The translations under genes and the position numbers were made by a program. The notes below the pieces were generated by a model. That model saw nothing but the letters and a program-made list of their open reading frames with translations. It did not search any database and had not been told where the DNA came from. A DNA stretch of 64,000 bases, the filler included. It is 10 parts of 10 records of this genome, joined end to end, with 100 filler letters (N's around TTAATTAATTAA, not from the genome) between each part and the next. Parts side by side here need not be neighbours in the genome. Positions count along the whole stretch, not along the records: positions 1 to 5,225 come from SRR31147125_161928; positions 5,326 to 10,444 come from SRR31147125_161942; positions 10,545 to 16,461 come from SRR31147125_162107; 7 more parts are not named here. One strand, written 5' to 3'. Positions 1 to 13,486 of the stretch are shown piece after piece. The first letter of the stretch is position 1, and the number at the start of each line of letters is the position of its first letter.

Positions 1-2
1 AG

Positions 3-1109
3 GGTGCAACGCAGGACGAACAACAGACCAGCCCAGAAGAGAACACCCCCAGCGAGGACGCAACGCAGGACTCAACCCAACAACAAGGCACAACGCAAGA
101 CACCACATCAGAAAATACGGCAGAGGAGGAGGAGGTAGCGTCGGGACCCCCCGAGGACGGAACACAAGACACCATTCCACCCCAGGAGGATGATCAAATC
201 CAAGAAGGGAACGTGGCCGATCAGGACGTGAGCGATGCCGTGGACCCATCCAGTGGACAGGACGTACCCCCCGCTGCACTGGAAGCTGCGAAAGAGGCAG
301 AACACGAAGGACACTGGATTCTCGACAAAGGGGGATCCAGTGAACAGGTGCATCGCTATTCCTTTAAGAGTTATGGCACGCCTGTGGAGGTGGTGAAACC
401 GGCTACCGTTCCCCGTGAAGAAGACACAGACAAGGCGGAGGTGGAGCCCGCGGCCGTTGCCCGTGCCGCGATGGAGTGGGCGGCTCCCAAGGTCTTCACA
501 CCCCTTAATATGTTCCGTGCCATCAAGGTGTCCGACTCACCTGTCTTCTCCAAGCATGTGCGTCAGGGTCCAACGGCCCAAGTGAAAGGAGACTACGCGT
601 TTGAAGACCCCGTGGACATTGGCTGGAAGGAAGAAATGCTGGCACGTCCTCATACCCCTTCCCGAAACAAGGCAGAGATTGGTGAGAAGCCAACAGAATC
701 CCACAAAGAAGGGGCAACAGAAGACGTGCATCCTGAGGTTGAGGATCCCTGTGCATCTTTTGAAGAATCCTATGCGGCCAAATTCTTGGAGATCGGTGCC
801 GAGTCCTTCCTCGAACTCTCCTCTCGGGCCATGGCACGCAGTATGATGCCTGACAAACCCAGTTGCATCGACTGCATCCAAATCTTGGCTCACCATGAGG
901 CCGGGGGAGGGTGGCACTACTGTGAATGTCTTGCGCTAACGAGTTCTGTGGATTCCGAACGCAAGGACAAGTGTCCAGAGGTCCTACGAAAACTGAGGAA
1001 CGCCCATGATGAGTGGGTCTCTCTGCGCCAGACGGGCTGTGTTAATGACAATGTGACCTACAAGCACTGTCCGCAAGATGTCGTGTGCCAAGTCCTCAAT
1101 TTCTGCTAA
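3..1109 (+). CDS. Eukaryotic acidic low-complexity protein with a C-terminal saposin-like Cys-rich domain (5' truncated)
   Basis: Frame is open from base 3 to TAA at 1107-1109. E/D/T/Q/P-rich N-terminus. C-terminus CIDCIQIL...CEC...C...C...CPQDVVCQVLNFC resembles the saposin cysteine pattern. Confidence 0.6.
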   Translation, partial: GATQDEQQTSPEENTPSEDATQDSTQQQGTTQDTTSENTAEEEEVASGPPEDGTQDTIPPQEDDQIQEGNVADQDVSDAVDPSSGQDVPPAALEAAKEAEHEGHWILDKGGSSEQVHRYSFKSYGTPVEVVKPATVPREEDTDKAEVEPAAVARAAMEWAAPKVFTPLNMFRAIKVSDSPVFSKHVRQGPTAQVKGDYAFEDPVDIGWKEEMLARPHTPSRNKAEIGEKPTESHKEGATEDVHPEVEDPCASFEESYAAKFLEIGAESFLELSSRAMARSMMPDKPSCIDCIQILAHHEAGGGWHYCECLALTSSVDSERKDKCPEVLRKLRNAHDEWVSLRQTGCVNDNVTYKHCPQDVVCQVLNFC

Positions 1110-1130
1110 CTGAATCAATAAATATACTAT

Positions 1131-3118
<1,988 letters not shown>

Positions 3119-3290
3119 AAAATGCGCGCACACGAACGAACCCACGAGGCGACTCTCGCTCTCGCTCTGCGGTCCTTATATCGGTTCTCTCTCTCCCCCC
3201 TCACGTGACTCGCCCTCCTCTTCCCCTTTCTCTACAAGAATATATTGCCGTACCACGGTCTCCTGCTCTGTTCTACGACTTGGTGCGCTC

Positions 3291-3333
3291 TTTGGCGGGA
3301 ACCCGTTGACCCGCGAAAATTCAAATTCCCCGC
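3291..3333. promoter_or_regulatory. E2F-like site plus bidirectional CDE/CHR-like element
   Basis: TTTGGCGGGAA at 3291-3301 and CCGCGAAAATTCAAATTCCCCGC at 3311-3333 (minus strand GCGG-GGAA-TTTGAA), within the 256-bp gap between two divergent cell-cycle genes. Confidence 0.55.
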
Positions 3334-3374
3334 TTTTCCTCTTCATCCTCCCCTTCTTCTCTCCACTTCCCAAC

Positions 3375-5225
3375 ATGGAGGAAGAGTTTATTGTACCTCT
3401 CCACTTAGACGGTGTTTTGGAGACAGAGGCGGCTGAAGTGCGTTATGTGGCCAGGGAAGTAGAGGTAGCCGCCATCAACGGTGACCATGAGGATAGCCTT
3501 GAAGGTAGGTGGGGTTTATGAGATTCCTGGAGCGTAATACTCATCTTGTGCACGAAGATGTCGCGTCGCGTCTTGCGGCGGGAGGTCCACAAGAAATCAC
3601 TGCTCACGAGAACTTTGATCTTCTCTACACTGTGTTGAGGTGCATACGTGTGTCCCGCAGCGCACACTCCATCCCTCATTCATGGGTAGACACTTTGATT
3701 CGGTTCATGGAAGAGTCCGCACCAAACTCCTGGAGACGTGTTGCTCGCTTGTGTGTCAGATGGTCCAAGTACTCACGGGACCTGCTGAGGAGCGGGGGAT
3801 GGTCCTGTCCTTCGCAACGCCTTGCGCATGTCCGTCTTTCTTCTCGCGTGGGCCATTCGTCGGGCCGATAGAATTACGATGGATACTGTTGGATTGAGTG
3901 TGGCGGCGACTCCGCGTAAGGTGTGGGTTGTGTGCGTGTGGGTGTGGGTGTGAATGGATCTCTCTTACAGGTATGCATGGACAGGGTGGGACAAGCAAGA
4001 GTCGAAAGAATCAACCAGCGAGTGACGCTTCATGGGATTACGAACTGTTCCGTGAACGTGCCCTTGTGATCCTCCTTCAAGTTCTTGACTCCGATTTCGC
4101 CTCGCTCTTTCACATGGGTGTTCCGGAAGAGAACTTCGTGGGCTTGTTCACACACACCGCATGTGCGATTCTTCAAAATCCGGCCAACACACGCCATCGC
4201 GGTGCTCGTGCATGTGTTCTTCGTTTGTTGGCAGTTCCGGTACAACGCTACGGACAAACGACAAATGTCACATCCGCTCTTGTGGAGATGATCTGGAAAT
4301 ATGAACATCTTCGTTCGCCCATCACAGAATTCTTGGAGGAGCTGTATGGCGAGTATGGACAGCCACAAGTCGTGGGGAGTATCATTCGGTTGGTTTCGTG
4401 ATGGATAGGAGTGGATACTGACAATCCAACGGCTCCAGGGAGATTGCACGAATGAACTCCAAGGAGACGGCTGGAATCAAGAACGCCTCTGATTTCCTAT
4501 GTGATGTTGCTGAAAAATTGCCCCAAGTGATGCTTCCCAACATCAGTCTGCTGATTCCTAACTTGGAGAGCGAGGTGCGGCGGTGAATCAAGCGTCCATC
4601 CCTCATAACGTCTTTCAGTCCTATACACTTCGTAGCTCCATAGTTCATGTGATCGGTCGGCTGGCACGGCACCTCCTGACTTCGGAAGCCTCAGAAGACG
4701 GGAACCTCCGATCTCGCGATGCGCTTCTCGAAGTGTTGGAGCAGAGGTGTGTTTCTCCCCGAATTTGATCCATTTGACACCTCGAGGTATGGTAGACATC
4801 GCGATGTGAATGCTTTCACACGTAGCAAGGTTCTGCAAACATGGACATATCTCTGCGAGTACGTTTCCTCTCGTTCCCTCCTGTCTCTCTGATGCTTGGA
4901 GATTCTAGGGAACGGGCCATTCCCGTGAAACGCTTCGCACACGTGGCGGAGATTGCAGTGGAAAGATTGATTGACAAGGCTGCTCTTGTCCGCAAGAGCG
5001 CTCTTCAGTTGTTGTCAATGTTGCTACAGTATGATGATGGATTCCGGCTTGTGTGGATGGTTGTACCATGTGTCTCATGATTGTTTGCCTCATCAGATAC
5101 AACCCGTATGGAAGCAAACTCCCTCTGTCAAGCTTTCTGCACAATCAGGCTGAACATTCCGAGAAGTCGAATCAACTGACCCCGCTGCACGGGCCCAACG
5201 ACGACGACAACAACAACAACGACAA
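3375..5225 (+). CDS. NCAPD2: Condensin complex subunit 1 (Cnd1/NCAPD2/Ycs4), multi-exon, 3' truncated
   Basis: Exons separated by short GT-AG introns give LRNALRMSVFLLAW, PEENFVGLF, YEHL, LLIPNLESESYTLRS, RDVNAFTRSKVLQTW, RLIDKAALVRKSALQLL and YNPYG. One homopolymer frameshift near 3795. Confidence 0.85.
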
Positions 5226-5325
5226 NNNNNNNNNNNNNNNNNNNNNNNNNNNNNNNNNNNNNNNNNNNNTTAATTAATTAANNNNNNNNNNNNNNNNNNN
5301 NNNNNNNNNNNNNNNNNNNNNNNNN
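5226..5325. other. Artificial contig linker (N-run, TTAATTAATTAA, N-run)
   Basis: 100-bp spacer with a palindromic six-frame stop sequence. Confidence 0.98.
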
Positions 5326-5418
5326 TCGAGGATTTTCATGCTTTGTTGCGTCAGGCGGTCTGACATAGCCGTTATGTAACCGATCTGTTCATGCGCTTTC
5401 CCAAACGGAGCCCAACCC

Positions 5419-6105
5419 ATGACCAATCGACGACAATTTTTTAAGAACGGATTACTGTTCTGCCTTGGAACCGGCGGTATTCTGCTTGAAGGCAGCAAAG
5501 CGTTTTCATTTCCTCCGGCAACCGGGGAAAAATGGGGAATGATCATCGACACCACCCGCTGCAGCGGGTGTCAATCCTGTATGGTGGCCTGTAAACTTCA
5601 GAATCATACCGCGCCCGGGCACTTCAACACCACTGTTTCAGCCCGTGAATCCGGCACCTATCCCCACGCCAAAATCAATTTCGAGGCGGAACTCTGCCTG
5701 CACTGTGAAAACGCCCCTTGCGTGGACGCATGTCCCACCGGTGCGGCATTTGTCCATCCATCGGGTCTGATCATGACGGACTGGAACCGCTGTGACGGAG
5801 ACGGAGCCTGCATCGATGCCTGCCCTCACAATGCCCGCTTCCATGATTCCCGATTTTCGAATCGAATCGATAAATGCGATCTATGTGCCGATCGCATCGG
5901 CAAAGGATTACCACCGGCCTGCGTTGAAAACTGTCCGGCCGGCGCACGGATTTTCGGACGTATCGATCAGCCCGAAGGCGAGTTTGCCCTCTACCTGAAG
6001 GATTGGTCCCGGCAACGCAGTGATCACCAGGCCCAGGGCGCCGTCATCTTCCATCATTTGAATTCGATACAAGAAAAAAAGGGCAGGTCTCATGAATCTG
6101 TATGA
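5419..6105 (+). CDS. ttrB: Tat-exported 4Fe-4S dicluster protein, TtrB/DmsB/NrfC family
   Basis: Twin-arginine signal NRRQFFK. Motifs CSGCQSCMVAC, CLHCENAPCVDACP, CDGDGACIDACP and KCDLC...PACVENCP. Confidence 0.75.
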   Translation: MTNRRQFFKNGLLFCLGTGGILLEGSKAFSFPPATGEKWGMIIDTTRCSGCQSCMVACKLQNHTAPGHFNTTVSARESGTYPHAKINFEAELCLHCENAPCVDACPTGAAFVHPSGLIMTDWNRCDGDGACIDACPHNARFHDSRFSNRIDKCDLCADRIGKGLPPACVENCPAGARIFGRIDQPEGEFALYLKDWSRQRSDHQAQGAVIFHHLNSIQEKKGRSHESV

Positions 6106-9100
6106 TAAAAAGAAAGCATCAAGCCGTTCCAACGATCCATCGCCGCAACACTGCAAAGAATCCCCCGAGCAGATGAGAGACGGCGATTGCAAACACAATC
6201 TTACCCCCCACGCCATCCATCGACGCCGGCTACTGAAAGGACTTGGCGCCGGAGTGGCTCTTGCGGCCGGAGGGGCCGCCGCCCCCATGGCTCAAGCAGC
6301 CTCTTCTCCCCCCATCGGCCTCTGGTGCGCTGGATCCCAGGCAGGTACAAACGAGTGCACCGACGGCACTTTCTCCCGACACCCATACCATCCACTCCGT
6401 CTGCCTGGCCTGTAACGCCAGATGCGGTGTACGGGGAATTGTGCAGGATGGCAAATTGGTCAACATCACGGGAAATCCCTATCATCCCTACAATATGCAG
6501 TTTGACCCCATTGCCTATGATACCCCGGTCAAGAAGGCGGTGATGGAGACAGCGCCCATTTGCGGTAAAGCACTGGACACGCCTCAATATATCGACAGCC
6601 CATACCGTCTTCTGGCCCCACTGAAGCGCTCCGGTCCACGGGGATCCGGCAAATTTGAACCGATATCATGGGAGACGCTGATCCGGGAGATATCCCATGG
6701 TGGGACACTCTTTGGTCATCTTGGTGAAGCGCGTCATGTTCCGGGCATCCGGGAGCTGATATCGGACGATCCCATTTGCCCCGACGATCCGGCGCTCGGC
6801 CCCAAAAGAAACGGGTTTGTCTTTTTGACGGGAAGACTTCAAAGCGGCCGAAAAGAGTTCATTGACCGCTTTGTCAAAAAAAGTGTGGGGTCACGAAATC
6901 GAATCGGGCATACGGACATCTGCGGGTTGGGGTTCCGCATGGGAAATTTCGCCCTGACCGGCGGTACCGATGTGGAGCTGAAAGCCGATCCCAAAAATGC
7001 CGAATATATTCTTGTTTTCGGTGCCAACATTTACGAAGCGCTTCAGCCGGGCGTCAATACCTATGGGGCCATGGTGGCCCGCAGGCAGGCGGACGGCAGT
7101 CTCTCTTTCTCCATTGCCGATCCAAGAGCGACCCGGGCATCGGCACATGCCAATGCGTGGCTGCCGGTGAAACCGGGAAAAGACGGGGCGTTGGCCATGG
7201 GAATGATTCGCTATGTGATCGAACATGAGCGGGTCAACCACGCCTATCTCACTGCGCCGAACGATTCTGAAATCAAAAAACGGGGATTTGGGGTCCTTTC
7301 CAATGCCACCCATCTGGTGATATGCGACGCATCCCATCCTGACAATGGTGCTTTTTTACGAATGCGGCATATCGATCCCTCCCTGGACAACGTCCGCGGG
7401 GAGGAAAAGGGGGTCTTTCCCACTCCCCATCTCTCCGATGCCTCCCTTTTGACAAAGGAATCACAGCCCCTTTCGGTCTCATCCGCCCCGGCCTGCAGTG
7501 ATGCGCTTCTGGATGAGGAAGGAACAGTGACCGACTATTTCGGGAATACCATCACGGTCAAAACCGCATATCGGTTATTAAAGGAGGAGGCCTTTGCCCA
7601 CTCTCTGGAGACCTATGCCGAGATTTGCGGTGTCCCGGAGAAACAGATCGCCGCTGTCGCCCATGAGTTCTCATCCCACGGCACCAAAGCCGCCGTGACC
7701 CAGTACCATGGTGCCGGAAACTATGTCAACGGCACCTATGCCGCCTATGCGGTTGCCGCATTGAACGTACTGGTGGGAAGTGTCAACATGGAGGGTGGCT
7801 ATCTAAAGGGGGAGGCGGCTGCGGCAGTCCGACCAAAGGGCTTTATGATCTCAAATCATTTCCGGGAAACCGGAAAAACAAGAGCGTGGCCATCTCCAGA
7901 GAGAAGGCGGTGTACGAAAAAAGTGCCGAATACCATCTGAAAAAAAACCGGAGCGGATCGGGATATCCGGCGGAGCGTCCCTGGTTTGCCTTTACCAAAG
8001 GGGGCTTTCCGTGGAAGGGCTCAGCGGCATCGATCAGCAGTACCCCTACCCGGCCCAGGTGCTTTTCACCTATCTGTTCAACCCGGTCTACTCCATCCCC
8101 GGGGGCTATCGATTCAAGGAGACCTTGACCGATACCGCCAAAGTCCCCCTCCATCTCTCCATTGACATTGCCATCAACGAATCCAATATCTACGCGGATT
8201 ACATTGTTCCGGACATGACATTTGCCGAAGGACATTACGGTTGGCTGACGCCCCATGCACCGGGAATGTCCTTTACCGGTATCCGCACGCCCATGATCGC
8301 GCCTCTGAATCAAACCACCCCGGACGGCAGGCCCATCTGTACGGAGACCCTGCTGATTGATCTGGCCAAAACCATGAAACTGCCCGGATTCGGCCCGGAT
8401 GCTATCAAAGGAAGGGACGGCAAGCGATATGACTTGAATCGGGCAGAGGATTTCTATTTGAGGGCATTTGCCAATGTGGCGTTCAATGCCGGCCTGGAAA
8501 AAGCGGATCCCGAGGAGGTGGCTTACGTGGAATCTTCCTATCCCGTAGCCGCCCATAGGAAGATCCTCCCCAGTGATGAGTGGCACACGGTATGCCGAAT
8601 GCTCGCCAGGGGCGGTCTTTTCAAACCCTACCACACCCTTTTCGACAAGGGGGTCTTTACCAAAGGGGTCCGGGAGGTGCATCTCTACAACGAAACACTT
8701 GCGCGATCCCGGAACAGTCTGACAGGGGAGCCGTTCAAAGGCTCCCCCTCCTGGATTCCTCCGACAACATCCGGCGGCAATGTCCTGGACGATCTTGAGA
8801 AAGAATTTCCCTATTCCATCGTCACCTACAAAAATAGACTCCATACCCAGTCCAGATCCTTATGGTCCGTTTATGCCATGGAGATTCAAGGAAAAAATCG
8901 GGTGGAGATCCATCTGGGTGACTGTAAAACCCTGGGGCTGGAAGCAGGCGACCGGGTTCGGTTGATTTCCCAAAGCAATCCGGAGGGAATCTTGGGAGAA
9001 GTCCAACCGACGGCCCTGGTTCGGCCGGGATGTGTGGCGGTCTCATTTCACTTCGGGCACAGTCAGTTTGGCGGAAATCAATTGGAGATCAAACAGGGGC

Positions 9101-9300
9101 ATACGGTTTTTCAAGGGGGAGAAACGATCTTCAACGGAACTATGTTGAAGGCAAATTCGGCTCTCACAAAGGGGCTCAATTTCAATGAAGTGGCCCTGCT
9201 GGACAAGGATATGAACCGGACGCCCATGGTCGACCTTGTGGGCGGAATTCCCGATTTCAGCAGTACACGCGTAAAGATCGTCAAAGAACTCCGAAGTTGA
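6092..9300 (+). CDS. ttrA: Tetrathionate reductase A-like molybdopterin oxidoreductase (frameshifts near 6310, 7810 and 8005)
   Basis: Tat motif RRRLLKG, CLACNARC, GNPYHP, PLKRSGPRGSGKFEPISWE, HTDICG (candidate Mo-ligand Cys) and a C-terminal molybdopterin-binding domain. The ORF pieces join in order at homopolymers. Confidence 0.78.
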
Positions 9301-9322
9301 CAACAGCATCGCGGCTGCCTTA

Positions 9323-9357
9323 CCAAGTGTACTTCCGAATTCGGAAGTTGCACTTGG
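9323..9357. terminator. Strong inverted repeat downstream of ttrA (terminator or REP/MITE remnant)
   Basis: CCAAGTG-T-ACTTCCGAATTCGGAAGT-TG-CACTTGG; the inner 18 bp is a perfect palindrome. Confidence 0.55.
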
Positions 9358-9893
9358 CTATATCCCGAAACCTCCCTCGACAAAGCGTGCCCGTCACCCG
9401 ACACAGTCCGGCAATTTCAACACCACTGCCACTTTTATTCAAGGATTGTCGACATGGACGACACCATTGCATCCCTTATTACGCAATGTGTCGGCATTCC
9501 CCACGCCCGTCCCCCACAATGCTCCCGGATACAAGAATTGATATGGCAACATGTGATGTCAAGGCGAAAAACGACCGATCTCCGGCTGATTTTCGCCGAC
9601 GAATCCATCCTGTGTATTTTTCATGAAAGAATCGATTTTCCGGTTTATGCCATTTTCAACGTCATCATTAAAATGGGACCCGGTCTTTCACCTAACGCAG
9701 CCCCCCAACCCAAGCACTCTTATCAGCGTCTTGTTTTTTTCGACAAAAATCGAGGGATGTAAAGGACTAAACGGTACATCTTTTGCTGAATTGAACCCAT
9801 TAAAAAAATGACTTCAATTTTTTCTGGATTTTTCAAAGATATTGGCAATGAAGCAAATCTATTACAAATAGGCGATCCCCCATTACTTGGCAT

Positions 9894-10444
<551 letters not shown>

Positions 10445-10544
10445 NNNNNNNNNNNNNNNNNNNNNNNNNNNNNNNNNNNNNNNNNNNNTTAATTAATTAA
10501 NNNNNNNNNNNNNNNNNNNNNNNNNNNNNNNNNNNNNNNNNNNN
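10445..10544. other. Artificial contig linker
   Basis: N-run, TTAATTAATTAA, N-run. Confidence 0.98.
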
Positions 10545-10824
10545 CGGATTTATTACAAAAAATGATTATGGACCGATTGGTAAACAATGTTACAAACTGC
10601 AAAAAAATGGGTTAATGGGCCCTATAAAAACAAAAGACGGATTCTCTATCGTTTATTTACTTGATGTTAAGAGTAAAACAGCTCCTTACGAGAGTGTCAA
10701 AGATGAAATTGTAAAGCTGACACAGCAAAAAAAGAGGACGTTCTTGTTTCAAGAAATGAAAGAAAAATATATACAAGACCCGCAAATCGTTGTGGATCGG
10801 GATGTTTTACAAAAGGCTTTTTGA
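10545..10824 (+). CDS. C-terminal fragment of a parvulin/PpiC-type peptidyl-prolyl isomerase-like protein
   Basis: GFIT...GPIKTKDGFSIVYLLD...PYESVKDEI pattern, typical of SurA/PrsA/PpiD tails. Confidence 0.55.
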
Positions 10825-10953
10825 TAGACTGCGATTTTTTAACTTATCAACTAGTGCACAAACTAGCATCTATTAATAATTGATAAAATATATTAGAGTG
10901 GATAGGATATAAAAGAAAGAAGTTAAAAGTTGGAACCTGACAAGGAGTAAATT

Positions 10954-13317
10954 ATGCATACGCGTCGTAACAGAATTATTTTATTTTTTGTTGTTATTTC
11001 TTCTCTCTCACTACATTGTTTGTCAGGGGTATCCAAACGACCAGTAGATTATGTGAACCCTGTTATTGATACCGTGAAACCCAGATGGATTTATTTTTCG
11101 TCTGCCTGTCTACCTTTTGGTATGGTTAACCTTAGTCCGGACACCTGGACTAAAGGTACCTGGAATTCAGGATATGTATATGATAGTTTGTATGTGCGCT
11201 GTTTCAGTCATATTCATGCATGGCAGATGTCAGGGATTGCGGTTATGCCGACAACCGGGGAATTTAAAGGGCATCTTGGCATGGAGGCGTACAAATCCGC
11301 ATTCTCTCATGATGATGAAATTGTCAAGCCGGCGTATCATAAAATTGTTTTGCGAGATTATGGCATAACGGCAGAGCTCACCTCTACAACCCGAGTGGGA
11401 TTCCACAAATACACGTTTCCAAAATCAGATTCAAGTTATATCCTTTTCGATACTGGCGCTTATCTTGCCCATGGCGAGACAGTGAGTTCGTATGTAAAAA
11501 AGGTGAGTGATACCGAGATTGAAGGATATGCTTTAATGGGCAAAACCCGACGTCGTCCCAGGGATACATTTGTCTATTTTGTCGCGCGCGTTGATCAACC
11601 TTTTGAGAATTTTGGCGGTTGGCAAAACGGAAAATTGTTACCAGGTAATCCCCAAAGCGTTACAGGTAAAAACGCAGGGGCATTTATGAAATTTACAACG
11701 ACGGATAAGAAAACAGTCTTGTTAAAAGTAGCCATTTCTTATACCTCTATCGAAGGCGCACGACGTAATCTGGATGGTGAATTAAATGGCTGGGATTTCA
11801 ACTGTGTAAAAGACAGATCTATTAATGAATGGAATAAGTGGCTTGCTCGGATAAAGGTTCAGGGAGGCACAGAAGCACAGAAAATCAAATTGTACACCGA
11901 CCTTTGGCACGCCTTACAGGGTCGTAGAATTGTTAGTGATATCGATGGAAAATATTGCGACATGACCGGTAATGAACCGGTTGTCCGTCAAATTCCACTA
12001 AACGCTGATGGTAGCCCCAAATACAATCATCACAGCTTTGATGCCTGGTGGTGCACTCACTGGTCAACAAATATTCTTTATTCCATGTTGTATCCTGAAA
12101 TGTTGGATGAATTTTGTAATACCATGATTGACATTTACAATAACGGCGGAATAATACCGCGCGGTCCTGCCGGAGGGAATTATTCGTTTGTCATGATCGG
12201 TGATCCTGCAGTATCCGTATTTGCTACAGCTTACAACAAAGGAATCCGCAACTGGGATAGCGAGAAGGCATATGAAGGTTTGCGGAAAAACGCCTTTCCA
12301 GGTGGCATTCGAGATCATGCCGGGTATGAGCATGAAAAAAATGCTACAGGTGGAGGGATTAGACAGTATGTGGACAGGGGGTATGTGCCGGAAGACTTGC
12401 CTGGTAATGGCTGGCATAAAGACGGTGCTGCTATGACATTAGAGTACTCATATCAAGACTGGTGTCTGGCGCAATTGGCTAAAGCATTAGGCAAAGAAGA
12501 TGATGTTAGACTTTTTTTGAAACGGGCAGAGAACTATAAAAATATCTGGGATCCATCAATTAAATACATGCGACCTCGAATGCTCGACGGTTCCTGGTTA
12601 AAGGAATTTGAGCCTATTGGAGAGGGATTCAATACCAAAGGTTTTTGTGAAAGCAACTCAGCTATTTATACCAATTTTGTCCCCCATGATGTAAAGGGAC
12701 TTGTAAATCTCTTTGGCGGGCAGGAGGCTTATAACACTTTTTTGAACAGTTGTTTTGAGAAAGCCGAACCGAATAACTTTATAGCCGTCCACCGCAGCCA
12801 CAGTATAAGTTGGGTAGACTATGAAAACCAGCCTGCAACGGGTATGGCCCATTTATTTAACTATAGTGGTGCGCCCTGGCTTACACAGAAATGGGTGCGT
12901 TTAGTAAAAGAAAAAGCGTTCGGAGATATCACTCCGTATGGCGGATATAATGGCGACGAGGACCAGGGGCAAATGGGAGCCCTGGGTGTGCTAATGGCAA
13001 TCGGTCTGTTTGAAGAGCGTGGTGGTGCCTCTGTCGAACCGGTTTACGAAATAACATCACCTGTATTCGATAAAATAGTATTACATCTGAATCCGGATTA
13101 TTATCCCGGTAAAACATTTAGCATTACCACAAAAAACAACAGTCATGATAATATGTACATTCAATCCGCTAAATTGAATGGGCAGAACTGGAACATGTGC
13201 TGGTTTAAACACAATATATTTGCCAATGGAGGAGACCTGGAATTGCACCTGGGTCCTCAGCCTAACATGAACTGGGGCAGTGCCCCTGAGGATGCCCCGC
13301 CTTCCATGTCGAAATAA
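10954..13317 (+). CDS. GH92 family alpha-mannosidase, secreted
   Basis: Signal peptide, DYVNP, PFGMVNLSPD, TLEYSYQDW, GFCESNS, GDEDQGQMG and YIQSAKLNG. Confidence 0.9.
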   Translation: MHTRRNRIILFFVVISSLSLHCLSGVSKRPVDYVNPVIDTVKPRWIYFSSACLPFGMVNLSPDTWTKGTWNSGYVYDSLYVRCFSHIHAWQMSGIAVMPTTGEFKGHLGMEAYKSAFSHDDEIVKPAYHKIVLRDYGITAELTSTTRVGFHKYTFPKSDSSYILFDTGAYLAHGETVSSYVKKVSDTEIEGYALMGKTRRRPRDTFVYFVARVDQPFENFGGWQNGKLLPGNPQSVTGKNAGAFMKFTTTDKKTVLLKVAISYTSIEGARRNLDGELNGWDFNCVKDRSINEWNKWLARIKVQGGTEAQKIKLYTDLWHALQGRRIVSDIDGKYCDMTGNEPVVRQIPLNADGSPKYNHHSFDAWWCTHWSTNILYSMLYPEMLDEFCNTMIDIYNNGGIIPRGPAGGNYSFVMIGDPAVSVFATAYNKGIRNWDSEKAYEGLRKNAFPGGIRDHAGYEHEKNATGGGIRQYVDRGYVPEDLPGNGWHKDGAAMTLEYSYQDWCLAQLAKALGKEDDVRLFLKRAENYKNIWDPSIKYMRPRMLDGSWLKEFEPIGEGFNTKGFCESNSAIYTNFVPHDVKGLVNLFGGQEAYNTFLNSCFEKAEPNNFIAVHRSHSISWVDYENQPATGMAHLFNYSGAPWLTQKWVRLVKEKAFGDITPYGGYNGDEDQGQMGALGVLMAIGLFEERGGASVEPVYEITSPVFDKIVLHLNPDYYPGKTFSITTKNNSHDNMYIQSAKLNGQNWNMCWFKHNIFANGGDLELHLGPQPNMNWGSAPEDAPPSMSK

Positions 13318-13486
13318 TCATTGGAAGTGAATATGGAAGAGTAAAATTGCCTTTTTGTTTATTATCGTGTGAACATTTTAGATCAAAAGTATACATGAGT
13401 TGTTTATAGCTTGAATATAGGAATCATTATTAAAGTCATTGCTTGTTTGCTTAAAACCTGTCCTGATTAATTAGGTGTCTATTTTA

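Noticed and set aside
9297-9811. Short ORFs in the ttrA-nifJ gap
   Set aside because: No RBS, no motifs, and atypical composition.
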